DNA from: a virus
Lineage: Duplodnaviria; Heunggongvirae; Uroviricota; Caudoviricetes
Reading direction: 5' to 3' (one strand)
Length of the DNA stretch: 36,828 bases
Virus record (IMG/VR): IMGVR_UViG_3300046642_001000
Coordinates: 167,935-204,762 of that record
The position numbers were made by a program, and so were the translations under genes. The notes beneath the pieces are model-generated. The model made no database searches, was not told the origin of the DNA, and was given only the letters and a program-made list of their open reading frames with translations. Shown one piece after another: positions 1-8,167 of the stretch; within the stretch, counting starts at the first letter, position 1; every line of letters begins with the position of its first letter.

Positions 1-288
1 ATCGCCATCCTGAAGCTGTCGCCCGAGGACGCACGTCGGGTCCTCAAAGAGGCGCACGTAGCGCTGGAGCGTAAGGCCCGCAATGCCATCGACGAGGGCA
101 CGCTCGTGGAGTTCACGGCCAAGACGGGTGCCAAGATCCGTGGCACGGTCAGCCGGGTCAACCGCAAGAACATCATCGTCATGGCGAGCATGGACCGCAA
201 CGGGTACAAGACCCCGCGCCCCGTGCAGTGGACGGTGAGCCCGAGCCTGCTCCGTGCAGTCGAGCCCGATGCCACCCCGGAAGCCTGA
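1..288 (+). CDS. hypothetical protein, 5'-partial
   Basis: Frame 1 is open from base 1 to TGA 286-288 with GC3-rich codons. Confidence 0.7.
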   Translation: MAILKLSPEDARRVLKEAHVALERKARNAIDEGTLVEFTAKTGAKIRGTVSRVNRKNIIVMASMDRNGYKTPRPVQWTVSPSLLRAVEPDATPEA

Positions 289-577
289 CCTCAAGAAGCT
301 GAAGACGCACTTCCTCGGGGGGTGTAACTTCGCTGCCAAGCAGCTCGAGCCCGTGGCTCGGCTGACGAAATGGGAGAACCCCAGCACCGACTACTGGTGC
401 TGGGACTCCGTGCCCGCGACCACCGACGACCTGCGCCTGGTGACCTGCGGGTACTGCAAGACCAAGCTCCTGAACCAGCTGTGGTTCAAGGACTGGTCCC
501 TGCTGACGGAGCAGGAGCTCTCCCTCCTCACCGTCCTCCGCGCCGACCGCGACCTCCGGAAGTCACAGGAGACTTAG
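269..577 (+). CDS. hypothetical protein (CxxC)
   Basis: ATG 269 overlaps the upstream gene; 102 aa; TCGYC motif. Confidence 0.7.
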   Translation: MPPRKPDLKKLKTHFLGGCNFAAKQLEPVARLTKWENPSTDYWCWDSVPATTDDLRLVTCGYCKTKLLNQLWFKDWSLLTEQELSLLTVLRADRDLRKSQET

Positions 578-587
578 ATCTTTCCTG

Positions 588-616
588 TGTACACCGCGTA
601 GGCTCCGTGGTATATT
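588..616 (+). promoter_or_regulatory. sigma70-type phage promoter, copy 1 (leaderless)
   Basis: TGTACA-17bp-TATATT, TG extended -10, then AAGACC and ATG 623. Confidence 0.8.
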
Positions 617-622
617 AAGACC

Positions 623-1321
623 ATGGAAAAAAAGAAAAAGATGACCCTGGCCGAAAAGGTTCTCCGACACATCGCGGCCTCCCCCAACGGCCTGATGCTC
701 GGCGAGATCCAGAAGTTCATCTACGAGCACAACTACCCGGGGAAGAGCGGCGAGAAGCGGAAGTCGTACCGCTATCACCACAAGACGGGGCGCTCCATCG
801 AGTGCCAGGTGCCGGCCTACAAGGGCTACTGGGGCACGAACCTGACCGGCAATCCGACGAACGTCGGCATCCTCGAGAGCTTCTGCCTGAAGACGGAGGA
901 CCGCCGCTACGTCGTGACCGAGCCGATCGTGGCGCCGTTCTTCCGCAGCCACTGCAAGCCCAACAACATGACGGAGACCTACAAGCTCCGTCGGGCCAAG
1001 CGCAACCACGACCACAAGATCCGTGAGGCGCTGGCTCCGAAGTGCCCGGGCTGCGGACAGGCCAACATCTTCAGCGGCGAGACCTTCTTCACGCCGGACC
1101 GGAAGGCGCACTTCAACCACTGGTCCGTCGGGAACTGGAAGTCCGACTGCCAGAGCCGTATCTGGTCGGGCGGGCACGGGCCGGGCGGGCTCCTGACCAC
1201 CCTCACCAAGGACAAGGTGCTCGGGCTGTCCGAGTCCATGCGGAAGGCGGGGGCGCACTACACGCTGGTGGAAGACACCGTCCAGCGGTTCGTCCTCGAC
1301 AACGTGGTGACCTATGCGTAG
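623..1321 (+). CDS. hypothetical protein
   Basis: 232 aa ORF starting MEKKKK directly at the predicted +1. Confidence 0.85.
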   Translation: MEKKKKMTLAEKVLRHIAASPNGLMLGEIQKFIYEHNYPGKSGEKRKSYRYHHKTGRSIECQVPAYKGYWGTNLTGNPTNVGILESFCLKTEDRRYVVTEPIVAPFFRSHCKPNNMTETYKLRRAKRNHDHKIREALAPKCPGCGQANIFSGETFFTPDRKAHFNHWSVGNWKSDCQSRIWSGGHGPGGLLTTLTKDKVLGLSESMRKAGAHYTLVEDTVQRFVLDNVVTYA

Positions 1322-1493
1322 TCCCAAGGAAGTCTGCTTCGAGCAGCAGGTGGACGAGCTGGTCCGTGGGGCGCTGGCCGACATGGACGATGAGATCGAT
1401 CCGGACGACATGCTCGACTACGTCTCCGGTCACATGTCCATCAAGGGGCGTGAAGACGAGGCGCGTCGGATCATCGAACGCAGGATCGGCTAA
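1314..1493 (+). CDS. hypothetical protein
   Basis: 59 aa MRSPKEVCFEQQ...RRIG read by hand; overlaps upstream stop. Confidence 0.65.
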   Translation: MRSPKEVCFEQQVDELVRGALADMDDEIDPDDMLDYVSGHMSIKGREDEARRIIERRIG

Positions 1494-1498
1494 TTTCC

Positions 1499-1527
1499 TT
1501 CCCTTCGAGAGGGCTTCGTGGTATAAT
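1499..1527 (+). promoter_or_regulatory. promoter, copy 2 (variant -35)
   Basis: TTCCCT-17bp-TATAAT with GTGG extended -10; ATG 1533 lies 5 nt downstream. Confidence 0.65.
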
Positions 1528-1532
1528 GAACC

Positions 1533-1682
1533 ATGAGCCTTCTACTGACGGTGGCATGCAAGATCCTGACCCGCGCCATGGGCAAGCTCGATGAGCGTGA
1601 CCGGACGCAAGAACACGCGAAGCAGGAGCTGGCCGAGATCCGCTCCCGCCTCAGGCAGCTCGGAGATCTTCACTCAAAGTAG
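1533..1682 (+). CDS. hypothetical protein
   Basis: 49 aa MSLLLTVACK...LHSK, fills the gap between two promoters. Confidence 0.6.
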   Translation: MSLLLTVACKILTRAMGKLDERDRTQEHAKQELAEIRSRLRQLGDLHSK

Positions 1683-1711
1683 TGTACTCCGAGTAGACTC
1701 CGTGGTATTAT
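1683..1711 (+). promoter_or_regulatory. promoter, copy 3
   Basis: TGTACT-17bp-TATTAT-AAGACC-ATG 1718. Confidence 0.8.
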
Positions 1712-1717
1712 AAGACC

Positions 1718-1747
1718 ATGGAAAAAGAAAAAGGGTGGCGCAAGTGA
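1718..1747 (+). CDS. 9-aa leaderless uORF (MEKEKGWRK)
   Basis: ATG at predicted +1; its TGA overlaps GTG 1744 of the next gene (GTGA). Confidence 0.4.
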   Translation: MEKEKGWRK

Positions 1748-1986
1748 TCATCTACGTGCTCACACTTTTCGATGAACGTGAGGACCTGGCGAGCGATCCC
1801 GAGCTTTTCGCCCAACCCAGGGACGCGCAGGAGCGGGCGCTGGAGCTCTTCGCGTACCCGAACGATTCGGCCGACTTCGAGGGTGGACCGCTCTGGGCCA
1901 TCTTCACCGACTGGGACACGCAGGAAGAGCTCGTGGTAGAGTACGGCCAGATCACCGTCAAGATCAAGCCCACGGAAGTTCGCTGA
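1744..1986 (+). CDS. hypothetical protein
   Basis: GTG 1744 (alternative GTG 1735); acidic 80 aa ORF. Confidence 0.7.
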   Translation: MIIYVLTLFDEREDLASDPELFAQPRDAQERALELFAYPNDSADFEGGPLWAIFTDWDTQEELVVEYGQITVKIKPTEVR

Positions 1987-2324
1987 TGCGTGGCGTCAAG
2001 GTCTGGCTGGTCCGGGTGGGTGACGGCAACGGGGACAACCTCGATACGATCGGTCCCTTCCTCAGCCAGCAGGCGGCGGAAGACTGGATCAAGCCGAGGC
2101 GTGCCTGCTACCCGCTGCTGGAGTATGATCTCGATCTCATCACGCCCGTCGACCTGAGGTGGAAGCACCCGGTGGATGAACCATATGGCGGGATGGACCG
2201 ACCACGCTGCGAGGACTGCGGGGAGGACCTGACCGCCGCCGACATGGACGAGTACTGGGCAGAGAACGCGCCCATCGACGAGATCCCCCGGTGCTGCAGC
2301 GCCTGCGCGGAGGTGCTGGAATGA
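1986..2324 (+). CDS. hypothetical protein with C-terminal Zn-ribbon
   Basis: 112 aa; CEDC...CCSAC. Confidence 0.75.
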   Translation: MRGVKVWLVRVGDGNGDNLDTIGPFLSQQAAEDWIKPRRACYPLLEYDLDLITPVDLRWKHPVDEPYGGMDRPRCEDCGEDLTAADMDEYWAENAPIDEIPRCCSACAEVLE

Positions 2325-2677
2325 AGCCCTGGATCCACGCCAAGAACTCCGTCCGCCGGCACGGTGGTGTGCCCGAGGACTACCAGGACATCCACGACTT
2401 CATCGACTCGACGAAGGTGGCCGTGCCAGACGTCCGCCACCGTGCCGTCCTGCACAACGCCTTCGGGTGTTTCCTCGTCGAGCGGATCTTCGGCACCACC
2501 CGCAAGAACAGCGAGGGCAAGACCTACTCGCCGCGGGACATCGCCGAGGAGCACGTGATCGAGGACCTCGGCTTCATCCCGACCCTCGAACGCTGCTTCG
2601 CCAACCTTCCGCTGGACGCGTGGTTCGGCGGGCCTTCCCGTAAGAAACGCACGATCCCTTTCAAAATGGAGGACTGA
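2321..2677 (+). CDS. DUF6915-like His-rich protein
   Basis: Recalled family pattern: H.K.SV..HGG..EDY..IHDF.D.TK...D.RHRA.LH..FG.F..E.IFG...EEHV.EDLG.IP. Confidence 0.7.
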   Translation: MKPWIHAKNSVRRHGGVPEDYQDIHDFIDSTKVAVPDVRHRAVLHNAFGCFLVERIFGTTRKNSEGKTYSPRDIAEEHVIEDLGFIPTLERCFANLPLDAWFGGPSRKKRTIPFKMED

Positions 2678-2679
2678 CC

Positions 2680-3123
2680 ATGTCGAAGTTGACCGAGCTC
2701 AAGGACACGTTCCGCGCGGCCCAGAAGCGCATGCAGCAGGAGGGCAAGGGCGCCCTGAAGGAGGCGATCGAGGAAGTCTTCGAGAAGCACCCTCAGCTCA
2801 TGGGCATCCGCTGGGAGCAGTTCACGCCGTACTTCAACGACGGCGAGGCCTGCGAGTTCAGCGTCCACGAGCCCACCATCAAGATGAAGGGCGGGGACGC
2901 GAGCGAGCCGGACGAGGACGCGGAGGAAGACGACGACGGCTACGACTACTACTCGAGCTACTCCGAGGAGAAGTACTCGCCCGAGAAGCGCGCCGCCTAC
3001 AAGGACGTCTCGGCCATCTTCGAGGCGCTCCCGGACGAGCTGCTCCTGGCGGTCTTCGACGACCACGCCCGCATCACGGTGACCCGCCGTGGCTTCTCCG
3101 TCGACGAGTGCTCGCACGACTAA
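2680..3123 (+). CDS. hypothetical phage protein (W.QFTPYFNDGE.C.F motif)
   Basis: 147 aa ORF with SD GGAGG and strong codon bias. Confidence 0.85.
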   Translation: MSKLTELKDTFRAAQKRMQQEGKGALKEAIEEVFEKHPQLMGIRWEQFTPYFNDGEACEFSVHEPTIKMKGGDASEPDEDAEEDDDGYDYYSSYSEEKYSPEKRAAYKDVSAIFEALPDELLLAVFDDHARITVTRRGFSVDECSHD

Positions 3124-3169
3124 GCTCTCCCCTCCGTTCGCCTTTCTCCCTCCCCTCTAATCTTTCCTA

Positions 3170-3198
3170 TGTACACTTAAGATTCTTCGTGGTATATT
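3170..3198 (+). promoter_or_regulatory. promoter, copy 4
   Basis: TGTACA-17bp-TATATT-AAGACC-ATG 3205. Confidence 0.8.
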
Positions 3199-3204
3199 AA
3201 GACC

Positions 3205-3447
3205 ATGGAGAAAAAAGATATTATCAAGTCGATCGAGAGCGGGTACACCAGCCGGGCGAATCCACGGCGCGGGTACCACGACTCCCACCGTACCGTCACC
3301 TTCGAGGGCGGGACGGAGGACGAGCAGCGGGCCGTGATGGACGAGATGCGGACCGAGCTGGAGCCGGGGAACATGTGGTGCGGCTCGCCCCAGAAGGTGA
3401 AGCCCGATGTCTGGTCTATCAACTACGGGTACGACAGTGGGGACTAA
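3205..3447 (+). CDS. hypothetical protein
   Basis: 80 aa, leaderless MEKK start. Confidence 0.8.
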   Translation: MEKKDIIKSIESGYTSRANPRRGYHDSHRTVTFEGGTEDEQRAVMDEMRTELEPGNMWCGSPQKVKPDVWSINYGYDSGD

Positions 3448-3604
3448 GATCCCGATGAAGCTCTACGCCCGGCTCGCCGGGCAGCTCGGCGTGACGAACA
3501 TCCGCCGGGACCGGAACGGAACCAGCTGGATGCTGCCCGATGGTCGGGTGGTGTCCGAGAGAGTCGTCGAGGGCGGGTGGGAATACTACCTGCTGGAGGC
3601 CTAG
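3437..3604 (+). CDS. hypothetical protein
   Basis: Short ORF filling the gap; start uncertain. Confidence 0.55.
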   Translation: MGTKIPMKLYARLAGQLGVTNIRRDRNGTSWMLPDGRVVSERVVEGGWEYYLLEA

Positions 3605-4006
3605 ATGTCACGCACAAGCATCCGCATCACGGTCGAGGACGAGGAGACGGGGGAGGAAACCACCCACGAGCTGCCGGCCCGCTTCGAGGTCTGCGGACGG
3701 TGCGAGGGCCACGGCACCCACCTCAACCCCAGCATCGGGAACCACGCGTACACCCGCGAGGAGTTCGAGGAAGCGTTCGATGACGAGGAGAGCCGCGAGA
3801 ACTACTTCAAGCGCGGCGGCATCTACGACGTCTCCTGCGAGGAGTGCGGTGGCCAGCGGGTCATCCCCGAGCTGGACTACGACGCCCTCACCCCCGCCCA
3901 GAAGGAGATCGCCGACGAGTACTACGATCGCCTGGAGCAGGAGGCGCGCTGGGACGCCGAGGACCGCATGACTCGCCGCATGGAGTCGGGAGGCTACGAC
4001 TACTAA
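3605..4006 (+). CDS. Zn-finger hypothetical protein (CxxCxGxG x2)
   Basis: CGRCEGHG and CEECGGQR motifs; 133 aa. Confidence 0.8.
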   Translation: MSRTSIRITVEDEETGEETTHELPARFEVCGRCEGHGTHLNPSIGNHAYTREEFEEAFDDEESRENYFKRGGIYDVSCEECGGQRVIPELDYDALTPAQKEIADEYYDRLEQEARWDAEDRMTRRMESGGYDY

Positions 4007-4440
4007 TGGCTCGTAAGAAGGCCGAAAAGCCGAAGAACTGGAACGTGTTCTCCGCCCAGCAGGGCGTGGACATGGGTAGCCCCAACGACTCCTACCTCCT
4101 GGGCACGTGCTTCGGCACGAAGGACCAGGTCTGGGCGTACGCGAAGCGGACCTGGCCGAACTTCACGGGTCCGTGGGGGAGCATCGAGACGGGCCGGATG
4201 GAGCCCCAGCCGGAGATCGTCGACGCAACCAGAGAGACGCATCTCGCCACCCAGCTTTCGAAGAGGGGACAGAAGCTGGTGGAGGACTTCGACGACGCGG
4301 CCCGGCAGTGGGGCTGGACGTCGGACCAGGGAACCGGAGACTCCGTGTACCACACCCAGCTCGCGTACGACGCGGCCAAGCTGGACCTGGTCGACTACGT
4401 TCTGGAGCTCGAGAAGCGTGCAGCGAAGCCAAAACCATAG
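4006..4440 (+). CDS. hypothetical protein
   Basis: ATG 4006 overlaps upstream TAA; 144 aa. Confidence 0.75.
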   Translation: MARKKAEKPKNWNVFSAQQGVDMGSPNDSYLLGTCFGTKDQVWAYAKRTWPNFTGPWGSIETGRMEPQPEIVDATRETHLATQLSKRGQKLVEDFDDAARQWGWTSDQGTGDSVYHTQLAYDAAKLDLVDYVLELEKRAAKPKP

Positions 4441-4451
4441 GAGGTAGACCC

Positions 4452-4829
4452 GTGAGACTGAGACACCTGTTCCTGACGATGTTCCTGGTGGCGTGCGGAG
4501 ACGGAAAGTACCCTCCCTTGGTGGAGATTCCGGTGCCCACGGCCGACATGACGGCCTCTCCCGACCTGACGCAGGCCCCGAGTCCGGATCTGGCCACCGC
4601 TCCGATCACGGACATAAGCGTGGTGGGTGGGGACATGGGGCAGGCTCAGGCGGACCTGGCCTCGGCACCGGACCTGGCGCTAGCTCCCGCAGACATGACC
4701 TCCTGCAACACGGGAACCATGTGCATGTGCTCAGGCCACTGCGTGGATCTGATGAACGACGACAGCAACTGCGGTTCCTGCAACAGCAGCTGCGGGTCGC
4801 TCCACTGCAACTCGGGTCGTTGCTCATAG
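4452..4829 (+). CDS. myxobacterial-type lipoprotein with PDLA/DM low-complexity repeats and Cys-rich C-terminal domain
   Basis: SD GGAGG, GTG start, signal peptide with LVAC lipobox, C-terminal CVDLMNDDSNCGSCNSSC...C...C. Confidence 0.75.
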   Translation: MRLRHLFLTMFLVACGDGKYPPLVEIPVPTADMTASPDLTQAPSPDLATAPITDISVVGGDMGQAQADLASAPDLALAPADMTSCNTGTMCMCSGHCVDLMNDDSNCGSCNSSCGSLHCNSGRCS

Positions 4830-4839
4830 AACATTCCTG

Positions 4840-4868
4840 TGTACACGTGGTAGACTCCGTGGTATATT
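4840..4868 (+). promoter_or_regulatory. promoter, copy 5
   Basis: TGTACA-17bp-TATATT-AAGACC-ATG 4875. Confidence 0.8.
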
Positions 4869-4874
4869 AAGACC

Positions 4875-5378
4875 ATGGAGAAAGAAACCATGAGCACCCG
4901 GGTGAACATGCACACGTTCCGCTGCACGGGCTGCGGCAATACGACCGACGTCCGTCCCGACGAGCTGAAGGCGTGGGAGACCGAGTACCTCAACCAGAAC
5001 TCCGGCTACGTCCACTGCGAGATCGAAGGGTGCGACGACGGGGTCCTCGTCGAGGTGAGGGAGTTCGAGGAGAGCCAGCTGTACGTGAACCTCTACCGTA
5101 CGGAGCAGGCGTACGGCGGGCCGGAGGAAGGCGGCTGGTGGTACACCCGCGGCACCGCCCTCGGCTCCATCCCCCTCCCGGCCACGTGGGAGTACGTGTC
5201 GGTCGGCATGCCCGGGGACGAGATCTACGCCCTTCAGCTCCGGGTCAAGCCCGTCCACGAAGAGACCGCCCGCTCCCTCCTGAACCTCACCTCCATGCAC
5301 GACACTTACAACTACGCCACCCCCACGGAGCCGCGGATCGCCAGCGACTACCCCACCCGGAGGCCGCACTATGAGTAG
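4875..5378 (+). CDS. hypothetical phage protein (YGGPEEGGWWY motif, N-terminal CxxC)
   Basis: 167 aa, leaderless MEKE start. Confidence 0.8.
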   Translation: MEKETMSTRVNMHTFRCTGCGNTTDVRPDELKAWETEYLNQNSGYVHCEIEGCDDGVLVEVREFEESQLYVNLYRTEQAYGGPEEGGWWYTRGTALGSIPLPATWEYVSVGMPGDEIYALQLRVKPVHEETARSLLNLTSMHDTYNYATPTEPRIASDYPTRRPHYE

Positions 5379-5547
5379 CCAGCAGCGATGCGCGAAGGCG
5401 TGGCTGATCGCGTTCGACGGGGAAGCCGCCGACTTCTGGCGTGAACTGCCCGACGACTCCGACTTCGTCGGCGCGGTGCGGGACAACATCAACTCCTTCG
5501 GACCCGACGAGCACGGCATCGGGATCGAGAACATCATCGACCTCTAA
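5371..5547 (+). CDS. hypothetical protein
   Basis: 58 aa MSSQQRCAK...IIDL, SD GGAGG, read by hand. Confidence 0.65.
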   Translation: MSSQQRCAKAWLIAFDGEAADFWRELPDDSDFVGAVRDNINSFGPDEHGIGIENIIDL

Positions 5548-5555
5548 CATTTCGG

Positions 5556-5584
5556 TGTACACCGAGGGAGTCTTGTGATAGATT
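5556..5584 (+). promoter_or_regulatory. promoter, copy 6
   Basis: TGTACA-17bp-TAGATT-AAGATA-ATG 5591. Confidence 0.75.
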
Positions 5585-5590
5585 AAGATA

Positions 5591-5812
5591 ATGGAAAACA
5601 CCCTCACAGACGACCTGCCGAGATGCTCGGCCTGCGGTAACCTCTACAACGAGGCGAGCGGCCACCGACACAGCGAGAAGACCGTGCTGTGCGGGGTGTG
5701 CGCCCGGGACTTCAAGGACTGGTGGAAGGGCATGACGAACCGCCGCTGGGGCAAGGTGAAGTTCTACGATTTCACCGAGACCTCGCGCAACAAGACCAAG
5801 GGGGACGCATGA
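5591..5812 (+). CDS. small Zn-finger protein
   Basis: CSAC...CGVC; 73 aa. Confidence 0.75.
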   Translation: MENTLTDDLPRCSACGNLYNEASGHRHSEKTVLCGVCARDFKDWWKGMTNRRWGKVKFYDFTETSRNKTKGDA

Positions 5813-6201
5813 ACGGCGAACGCTTCCTGAACAAGACGGTCAACACGGACGGCAAGGGACTGTGGTCGCGTCGGCGTGGTCCGGTCACGATCACGAAGAT
5901 CGTCTGGACGACGTCCCCCCCGAACGAGTACCGGGACGAGCCCGAGACGCTTCTCCGCGTCTTCCTCGATCCGCGGACGTGGGACAACTCCGTCCACGGG
6001 CTGGTCTACACCGACGGGACGTTCCGCAAGGAGCTGAGGGACCTGCTGGTGGAGCTGCACGCGATCGGCGAGCTGCCCGACCTCCCGTGGTCCGAGCTCA
6101 ACTACACCGAGCAGGGCATGCAGGGCGGGTGCTACCGCGCCTGCACCGAAGGCTGCACCGAACACCCGCCGTCCGTCCACATGATCCTGGGGAGGTGGTA
6201 A
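5809..6201 (+). CDS. hypothetical protein
   Basis: ATGA overlap with upstream gene; 130 aa. Confidence 0.75.
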   Translation: MNGERFLNKTVNTDGKGLWSRRRGPVTITKIVWTTSPPNEYRDEPETLLRVFLDPRTWDNSVHGLVYTDGTFRKELRDLLVELHAIGELPDLPWSELNYTEQGMQGGCYRACTEGCTEHPPSVHMILGRW

Positions 6202-6202
6202 C

Positions 6203-6562
6203 GTGCGCCTGATCTTCGCCTACATCACCCACGGCACGGGAGACGGAATGCCGCCCTTCGTGATCCTCCGGCACACCCTGGAGGACATCAAGGCCTGCGC
6301 GATCTCCGCCCTTCAGCCGGACTTCCCGGGACCCTGCGACCAGTGCGGGGAGCGGGCCGCCCGTGGCCAGGAGCGTCCTGAGGACGAGTGCGAGTGCGAG
6401 TGCCACGAGGAGCTGGAGGACTACGAGCGCCTGGTGGAGGAGTACGGGCCGGACATCGCGGCCATCGAGAACTGGAACGGGGAGGAAGAGCTGACCGTCA
6501 ACTACTTCGACGGCAACCCGGGCTACCTCACCCTCACCAGGGCCCAGCTTCCAGACGCATAG
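6203..6562 (+). CDS. hypothetical protein
   Basis: SD GGAGG, GTG start; 119 aa. Confidence 0.7.
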   Translation: MRLIFAYITHGTGDGMPPFVILRHTLEDIKACAISALQPDFPGPCDQCGERAARGQERPEDECECECHEELEDYERLVEEYGPDIAAIENWNGEEELTVNYFDGNPGYLTLTRAQLPDA

Positions 6563-6572
6563 ATCATTTTGG

Positions 6573-6601
6573 TGTACACCGCGGGTCCCTCGTGGTAGAA
6601 T
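6573..6601 (+). promoter_or_regulatory. promoter, copy 7
   Basis: TGTACA-17bp-TAGAAT-TTAATA-ATG 6608. Confidence 0.8.
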
Positions 6602-6607
6602 TTAATA

Positions 6608-6907
6608 ATGGAAAAAGCACAAAAGGCCAACATCGTCGAGACCTCGAGACGCATGAACGTCTTTCGTATCCACATCGGCGTGGAGCTGAGGGCGGTCAAC
6701 CAGGTCAGCTCCGACCAGATCGAGTTCGAGGTCTGGTACAACCAGAAGCCGCTCGGTCTCGGGGACCTGTGGACCAACGGCGAGTGCGGGGGCTCGGGAG
6801 AGTGGGTCGAGGACGAGCGCCACTCGGGACCGGACGGGATCTGCGCCGCCGTGCAGGACCTCGCCGTCGCGGCCGCCTACCGCATGGGCCTCACGGTGAT
6901 CCAGTGA
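6608..6907 (+). CDS. hypothetical protein
   Basis: 99 aa, leaderless MEKA start. Confidence 0.75.
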   Translation: MEKAQKANIVETSRRMNVFRIHIGVELRAVNQVSSDQIEFEVWYNQKPLGLGDLWTNGECGGSGEWVEDERHSGPDGICAAVQDLAVAAAYRMGLTVIQ

Positions 6908-7185
6908 AGAAGCCCGACGGACCGCAGGGGCTCCCCGTCCACATGGGCTCGCTCTTCACGTGGAAGGGAAACCACGGCGTGGCGGAGCGGTCGGACTTCC
7001 CGATCATGCACACCCAGGTCTGGAGTGACGCCTGCGACCTGGGCTTCATGGTGCGCAGCCAGCGGACCGACAAGCTGGTCCTCTTCACCCTGATTGACCG
7101 CACGTACGACGCGGAGAACGACCTGATCTCCACGCTCTACACCAGCTACTGCGGGAAGTACATCATCGCCATCTACAACGACTGA
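6904..7185 (+). CDS. hypothetical protein
   Basis: GTGA overlap; 93 aa. Confidence 0.7.
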   Translation: MKKPDGPQGLPVHMGSLFTWKGNHGVAERSDFPIMHTQVWSDACDLGFMVRSQRTDKLVLFTLIDRTYDAENDLISTLYTSYCGKYIIAIYND

Positions 7186-7203
7186 AGACGTAGAACAAAG
7201 TGG

Positions 7204-7232
7204 TGTACACTGCGGGCATCTAGTGATAGAAT
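7204..7232 (+). promoter_or_regulatory. promoter, copy 8
   Basis: TGTACA-17bp-TAGAAT-TAAAAA-ATG 7239. Confidence 0.8.
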
Positions 7233-7238
7233 TAAAAA

Positions 7239-7643
7239 ATGGAGAAGACCAAAATGAAGACGAAGACGAAGATCCCGGGCGTCACCCTCGGTGGCGAGCA
7301 CAACGGCAGCTCCCTGGCCGGCTACATGAGTGCGCCGTACAAGGCGCTCCGGACGCTGCTCGGACCCCCGAACTGCGAGGGCGACGGGTACAAGGTCTCG
7401 ACAGAGTGGGTCGTCACCTTCGGCGGGCAGACCTACACGATCTACGACTACAAGGAGACGCGGGGCTACGACCGCGACCTGCCGTCCGTCCGCACGTTCC
7501 GCGCCCTGCCGGTCTACGACTGGCACATCGGACATGGCGGCGGATCGCGGGCCAACATCTCCGCCTTCCGCAACGCGGTCATGGCGGCCGTCGAGGCGCT
7601 GGACGACGTCGGTCCGCCCGAGCCGAGCCCGAGCATCCACTAG
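7239..7643 (+). CDS. hypothetical phage protein (K...EW...TIYDYK...WHIG motif)
   Basis: 134 aa, leaderless MEKT start. Confidence 0.8.
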   Translation: MEKTKMKTKTKIPGVTLGGEHNGSSLAGYMSAPYKALRTLLGPPNCEGDGYKVSTEWVVTFGGQTYTIYDYKETRGYDRDLPSVRTFRALPVYDWHIGHGGGSRANISAFRNAVMAAVEALDDVGPPEPSPSIH

Positions 7644-7844
7644 ATGCCGCGCTACATCACGACGTACCTCTCCATCGGCGGGTGGAAGGCCGTCATGCTC
7701 TGGTGGAATCCAGATATGGGTGGATTCTACGAGCCCTGGGACACGGGCCTCGGGGCCTACGACTCCCAGGAGCTGGCCGCGGAGGAAGCGATGGCGTGGG
7801 CCGAGGACGAGGGCATCGAATACCGCGAGGGACGTGCCGAATGA
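7644..7844 (+). CDS. hypothetical protein
   Basis: 66 aa, abuts upstream stop. Confidence 0.7.
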   Translation: MPRYITTYLSIGGWKAVMLWWNPDMGGFYEPWDTGLGAYDSQELAAEEAMAWAEDEGIEYREGRAE

Positions 7845-8077
7845 AAGTCTGGATCATCACGTGGAACACCGAGAGCGGGGACGAGGGCGTCCTGGACACG
7901 GGCTGGCGCCGGAAGCCGACCGACGCGCAGCAGCGGGCAGCCATGCAAGACGAGATGTCGGAAGACTTCGAGTGCGGCACCCTCTACTGGAAGCTGCACC
8001 AGATCACGGTGCCCGAGCCGAAGGGGACCTGCCCTTCAGGGAAGCACACCGGCCGCTGCCAGTGCCCGGAGTTCTAG
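7841..8077 (+). CDS. hypothetical protein
   Basis: ATGA overlap; 78 aa. Confidence 0.7.
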   Translation: MKVWIITWNTESGDEGVLDTGWRRKPTDAQQRAAMQDEMSEDFECGTLYWKLHQITVPEPKGTCPSGKHTGRCQCPEF

Positions 8078-8095
8078 AATCTCCACTCATTCCTG

Positions 8096-8124
8096 TGTAC
8101 TCCGAGTAGACTCTGTAGTATAAT
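8096..8124 (+). promoter_or_regulatory. promoter, copy 9 (leadered)
   Basis: TGTACT-17bp-TATAAT; ATA at +1, then a hairpin and SD GAGGAG before ATG 8168. Confidence 0.8.
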
Positions 8125-8167
8125 GATTCTATAAGGTTGGAATAAACCAACCTGAGGAGCCCACAAA

